Shown here piece after piece: positions 58,441 through 64,000 of a DNA stretch of 64,000 bases (the stretch's first letter is position 1; every line of letters begins with the position of its first letter). The notes beneath the pieces are model-generated. The model searched no databases. It saw only the letters and a list, made by a program, of their open reading frames with translations, and was not told the DNA's origin. The DNA comes from Octopus sinensis (lineage: Eukaryota). The stretch is taken from positions 31,744,001 through 31,808,000 of the forward strand of contig NC_043004.1 in assembly GCF_006345805.1 (NCBI RefSeq). The letters are read 5' to 3'. The position numbers were made by a program, and so were the translations under genes.

Positions 58441-60589
58441 CTTTTTGTCTCTACCCAAGTCAGTAGTAGGTACTACTAGTTTGAAGTATGTGTGTGCATG
58501 TATGTATATGTATCGTGTGTGTGTGTGTTATATATTAGAAGAAATGAGGTACTAAGAAATCTGGATGGTTTTATATTTACAGATATTTATTAGTAGGTTA
58601 CATGTTTTTATAAATCATAAGTCATATATCATATATTAGTACTTTCATCCACTCTAGAGTGGAAGAAAGCGCTAATATATGATATATGATATATATATAT
58701 ATAACTGTTACTTAATTTATCGACCCCAAAGGGATGAAAGGCAAAGTCGACCTCGGCGGAATTTGAACTCAAAACATAACAGCAGACGAAATACCACTAA
58801 GCATTTCGCCCGGCATGCTAACGTTTCTGCCAGCTTGCCACCATGTGTTAATGATTCTGCTAGCTCACAGCCTTTAACAACAACAACAATAGCTGTGACT
58901 CATGAAGTTATATTTATCTTGAAATAATTCTGCTTGTCATTAAGTTACTTAGCCTGTTGGTAATGCTTTCATGTGATTAGAGAAAAGAGGGAGAAAGAAG
59001 AGGGAGAGAGAAAAAGAGGATAAGGCAAAGAATGAGGCAGAAAGAGAGAAAGAAAAAGAGGGAGAGAGAAAGGATGGGGATGACATATGGTAGGGAGAAC
59101 ATAATATTTATTACATGGCTAAAATAGTTAGATGAAAATAGTGATATAGAGGAGAGTTAGGAATATAATTTTAGCAGAGGAGTGATGTTCTGATTGTGAG
59201 ATTAAAGAGAGATAGAGAGAGGGGGGGTGTCGATGGTGAGTGCCATTCACTTCAGAAAGAAACCAGTTTCCCATTCGCCTGTCATATACAATGACTATCA
59301 ATAAATCACAAAGGCAGACATTTGATAAAGTAGGATTGGTCTAACCTGAGCCTGTATTCGGCCATGGTCAGCAACATGCTGCATTCTCAAGAGCTCACAA
59401 ATTATCTGATGTGAGGGTTAAATTTATCAACACCAACAAACAAAGGAAAAGAAGAGGGAAAACTTACATCAAGAACATAGTCTGCAAAGAAGTATTGGAT
59501 TGAAAGATGGATGCAAACTGAAATGTGTATTGGATCCAATCCCTTGCCATGGCTTATAAGTTATTGATGATGTGGTTTACAAAGTATGCCATGTTGCATT
59601 AAATTTTTACCCCTGTGAAATTGTGATCCCTATATTTTACATATAAAATAATTTTTTTTACTATAATTTTTTGTTTTCTAGATATGAAATTATGACCATG
59701 TAAATTTTAAAATGTAATTTTTCTGTTTGTGTGAAAAATAGGAAAATAAGAGTGAATATCTATTTTATGAATGCTGTGCATTAAGTCTATAAAATTGTGC
59801 ATAAAATATATAAAGTATATATATATAAAGTGCATTAAGTAATCATCGTATTCCTGTTTCTTTCACTTTTCAATGAGTAGCAGATGAACAACTATCTTTT
59901 GATACAGACACAACACAGGCTACACTTTCAAACTTTTTGGATAGTTTTCAGAATTAACCCAATAGGTTTACTATCAATTCCGTGAAATATTCATGGGTCC
60001 CACTAGTAATAACAATATTTTAGTAATAATTCCAGGTTTAAAACATACAAAAAATATAGGTATAATTAAAGAAGATTTACAAGTTTATTTAGAAAATATA
60101 ACAATTCATATTCATAACTGAATCTACTGTAGTTTCTGAATTGATTCTACAATGAGAATATAGATATCTCATATCTTCACCAAACAAATTTTAAGAGAAC
60201 TCAGTACAGTATTATTGAGTTCTCTATAAAAGTGAAGATATGTGAAATATAACTTCTTTTTTTTTAGCAAATACTGCTACAGGAATACAAGTCATCAAAT
60301 TTCAATCAGACAGCACAAACAAAACGTGATGAATCCAGTGGAAGAAGTTCCTCAATATAGAGTAAAGAGCAATTTGTGGAATATCTCTTTCATACATGGT
60401 TGGAGTACTCAAGAAATATGTTCACTACTGCAATTAGTTTACTTGTATTTCAGCAATCACTAAAGGAATTAAACTTTAAAAAGACAAAAATAGAAATAAA
60501 CAATCCTGAGGTATTTCTCAGTTCATATAAGACTTTTGTAAATGCTGCTCATAAAAGCTGACATAAAATTTCTGTCTTCTTAATATTAG

Positions 60590-60975
60590 TGAGTGCCAGT
60601 GGCACGTAAAAAGCACCATCTGAACGTGGCCAATGCAAGTGCCACCTTGGCTGGCTTCTGTGCCAGTGGCACATAAAAAGCACCATCTGAACGTGGCCGA
60701 TGCCAGCGCCACCTTGACTGGCTTCTGTGCCGGTGGCACGTAAAATGCACCAACCGATCGTGGCCACTGCCAGATTCCCCTGGCACCTGTGCCGGTGGAA
60801 TGTAAAAAGCACCCACTACACTCATGGAGTGGTTGGCGTTAGGAAGTGCTCACAGCTGTAGAAACACTGCCAGATCAGACTCGAGCCTGGTGCAGCCCCC
60901 TGGCTCCCCAGACCCCGGTCGAACCGTCCAACCCGTGCTAGCATGGAAAACGGACGTTAAACGATGATGATGATC
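60590..60975 (+). mobile_element. RTE-family 3'UTR fragment with ~60-67-bp subrepeats and (GAT)n tail; further fragments at ~44690-44920, ~51245-51390 and ~61870-62060
   Basis: gtggcacgtaaaaagcacc is repeated, followed by gttggcgttaggaag...acgttaaacgatgatg. Confidence 0.75.
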
Positions 60976-63407
60976 ATCATCATGATCATGATCATGAAAT
61001 TGATCAGGTAATACCATTCTTTTACACAAGATTCCATTACTTGCATACTTACAATTTGCATGAACTAAAAGAAATATAAAAAGTAACCCTTTATTATGTC
61101 AGGAACCATGAATTATGAAAAGTAACCTTTTACTATGTCAAAAACCACAAAACTTGCCAAGAACTGTTATCAAATACATGTTTCCCCTATATGAGTGTTT
61201 CTGTGCACATGTTTTACAACTATGAAAGAGATTAAAAAATGGGCATAACTACACACTTTATTGCTTCATAACTTCCAGAAAAATGTATACTTTTTAATGA
61301 AACTTTCAACAAATAATCACTTAGTTTGTGTAGATTGAGTGTATGTAAAGCTTTGTTGCAAAAACTTTTTCTGAGGAGAGGAGCTTTGGAAAATTCACAT
61401 GACCCAACATTTTCCCCCTCATAACTTTCAAGAAAGTGGGTATTTTTTTAATGAAATTTTATACAAATACCTTTCAAACGGTGTAGATTACAATTACAAA
61501 GAAATCTGTAGGCAAAATTTGGGGGGGGGAGGGCGTGGTGGTGGTGGTGGTGGTGGGAGGGGTTCTGGATAGTAGAGTTTCATATCAGATGGCCCATATA
61601 AGTTGAAATTTCTCTGTTTTGATAGGGATTTTTTCCAATTTTTTTTCTGCACACTCATCAGAATGATGGGAGGCATCTTTTCACAAAAAAATGAAAAAAA
61701 GTTTGAAAATTTATGCTTTTTTTTCACTCCAGCCCAGTCCGGACTGGTCTTAGCCAATTTTTTTTTTCACTACACTCTTAAAACCTTTGAGAGAAACTTT
61801 TGTGAATGGAATTGGTAGATGGAAACTGAAAGAATTTCATTGTATATACATATCATCCTCACCATCATCATCGTCATCATCATCTTTTAACATCCATTTA
61901 CCATACTGGCATGGATTGGATGGTTTGACAGGTGTTGGCCAGCTGGAGAGCAGCCCAGGCTCCATTTGTCTGTTTTGGAATGGTTTCTATGACTGGCTGC
62001 CCTTCCTAATGCCAACCGGAGTGTACTGGGTGCTTTTATGTGGAAATGGCACTTTATATAGCACCAGCATGGGCACTTTTTTTACATGGCTCCAGCATGG
62101 GTGCTTTTGTACATACATATATATGTGTGTGTATGTCTGTGTTTGTTCCCCACTACTGTTTGACAAATGGTGTTGGTTTCTTCATAGCATTAGCAATCTG
62201 GCATAAGAGATATGTAATGGCAGATATTGGTTAGTAAACAATATTAAAAAATGTTGGAGTCAGCTGGAATGACGATAAAGATTTGTTGTTGTTTTGACGG
62301 CAAATTGTAAGAAGTGGAAGATGAACAATGCATGAGTTTTAAGGAAATATTTATTTACCGTTACGTTACAAATATCGTGCCTCGACGGGCAAGTTATGAT
62401 AAATCCAAAAGTATGCGAAGTAAAGTTTGTGTTTGTGTCCTCTTCATTGTTTAGTAGTAGTAATTACTGAGAGAGATAGAATGATGTTGTAAGAGAACAG
62501 AATTAGGACTAGAGAGAATTGTAGGGTGTTGTCTCGCAGCTGCTGGCAGTAAATTTCATTTCTCTCGCTGACCATTATATTTAGTAGAGGTATTCCTTGT
62601 GATCATGATTCTAGCAGTCCGTTCCCTAACTAATTGAGTTGTCACGATGTGACGAACTTGGTTGAGTAGTCACCGGCTGGTGACTAACTGGTTTTTGCTT
62701 TGGGTATGCTTGCTTATATAACTATCCAGAAGGATAGATATATCATTGAGAACAATATATTTAGTTGGTGATCTTGTTATCTCTATTCTAGCTTTTGGTG
62801 AAGTAGAAGAGGTTAGAAAGGGTCAAGTGGTGAAGACATTATTTTGGCCTGGAAAATGTAAAACTGCTGTCAGAGAAAAACCATTGTTCCACCGTGGGAA
62901 CAGTTCTGTTGCAGCGTTAATTTAAATTTGGCAGTGGTGGATCGAATCCACTTCATGCATGCAAGATCCAATACAGATATGTTTTAGTGAAATTTTATAT
63001 AAAAATACCTTTCAAATGGCATAGATTACGATTATAATGAAATTTGTGGGGAAAAATTTTCCGAGGGGGTGAGGAGAGGACTTTCGAAGAGATGGAAATT
63101 CTTAAATTATTTTTTTGCTTGAGTGTAATGGGAAAAAGCTTTTAAAAAATTTTTCCGACTCGTTTATATTTTGTTTGAGTAATAGAAAAAGGTTTTAAAA
63201 AAGAACCCATGTATCATGGTGAGAGAAACAAATTCATAAATACGGTGTTGAATATGGTTTCACTATGGGGAAAAAAGGTAAGGGCAATTTAGTTGTTGTT
63301 AGCACATCTCCACCGTTGGGATCTTTTTTAAAAACTTTTTTGCTATTACTCAAACGAAAAATAAATTAATCTAATTTGGCGATCTTTCGGCTTCACTCGC
63401 AATAATG

Positions 63408-63795
63408 TAAACATTGAATTCGGTCATTTCCGTGGTCACATGTTGTCTTGTCAATTATCAGTTGGAAAGAGAAAGCTAATGGGTCGTGCGTGCGTGCGTG
63501 CTTGTTCCTATGTGTGTGTGTGTGCTTGTTTGTTTGTGCGTGCGTATGTGTGTGCATGTTTGTTCCTCTGTGTGTTATTTCTACATTCCACAACATATTA
63601 ATACAAAAAAAAAAAAACAGAACAGAGGAACAAGCACGCACAAACAAGAACAAACACACACACAAACAAGAATAAGCACGCGCACACACACACACAGAGG
63701 AACAAGCACGCACGCACAACCCATTAGCTTTCTCTTCCCAACTGACAATTGACAAGACAACATGTGGTCACGGAAATGACCGAATTTAATGTTTA
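63408..63795. mobile_element. MITE-like foldback with long inverted arms
   Basis: taaacattgaattcggtcatttccgtggtcacatgttgtcttgtcaatt... pairs with ...aattgacaagacaacatgtggtcacggaaatgaccgaatttaatgttta. Confidence 0.8.
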
Positions 63796-63858
63796 TTTTA
63801 TTTCGGGTTAAAACGAACGGTCACCTCTAATTTTTTTTTCAAACTAATTAGAGGTGAC

Positions 63859-64000
63859 GGCAATCTTTCGTCTCTAGTAGACCTTTCCGTCGATTTCCGT
63901 AAAAATATATTTTTTTTTTTACATATGGGCTTGCGGGAACTTTTGAAGTAATGAGAGCGAAAGAGACTAAGAGAAAGCGATTGTATAACGAGGGAAATTC
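63859..64000. mobile_element. Second copy of the 35830-36250 MITE, truncated by the window edge
   Basis: ggcaatctttcgtctctagtagacctttccg...catatgggcttgcgggaacttttgaagtaatgagagcg matches 35830-35975. Confidence 0.85.

Overview
This is a repeat-dense, AT-rich eukaryotic window. Its microsatellite load and SINE/RTE families look like an octopod cephalopod; that assignment is inference. The only host protein-coding gene I can support is a 5-coding-exon cytosolic sulfotransferase (44984-54724, +, 289 aa). The standout is at 1672-13961: a tandem array of ~363-nt monomers, each carrying a minimal type I hammerhead ribozyme (HHR) on the minus strand with a U3:A8 core, inside a long imperfect stem (retrozyme or Penelope pLTR-like). 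Two full-length Tx1-clade LINEs sit head-to-tail at one nucleotide position of this array, just upstream of a ribozyme, separated and flanked by three identical 17-bp target-site duplications (TSDs). Other minimal HHR motifs occur elsewhere, including at the axis of two foldback repeats (one with a G3:C8 core). The rest of the window holds a nest of older Tx1 fragments interrupted by a Hero-like RLE LINE, RTE copies, a deleted Gypsy element, Penelope and piggyBac relics, a MITE with 8-bp TSDs, SINEs, long palindromes and a 1.62-kb tandem duplication. All calls were made by eye from the sequence and the ORF track; no searches or folding were run.
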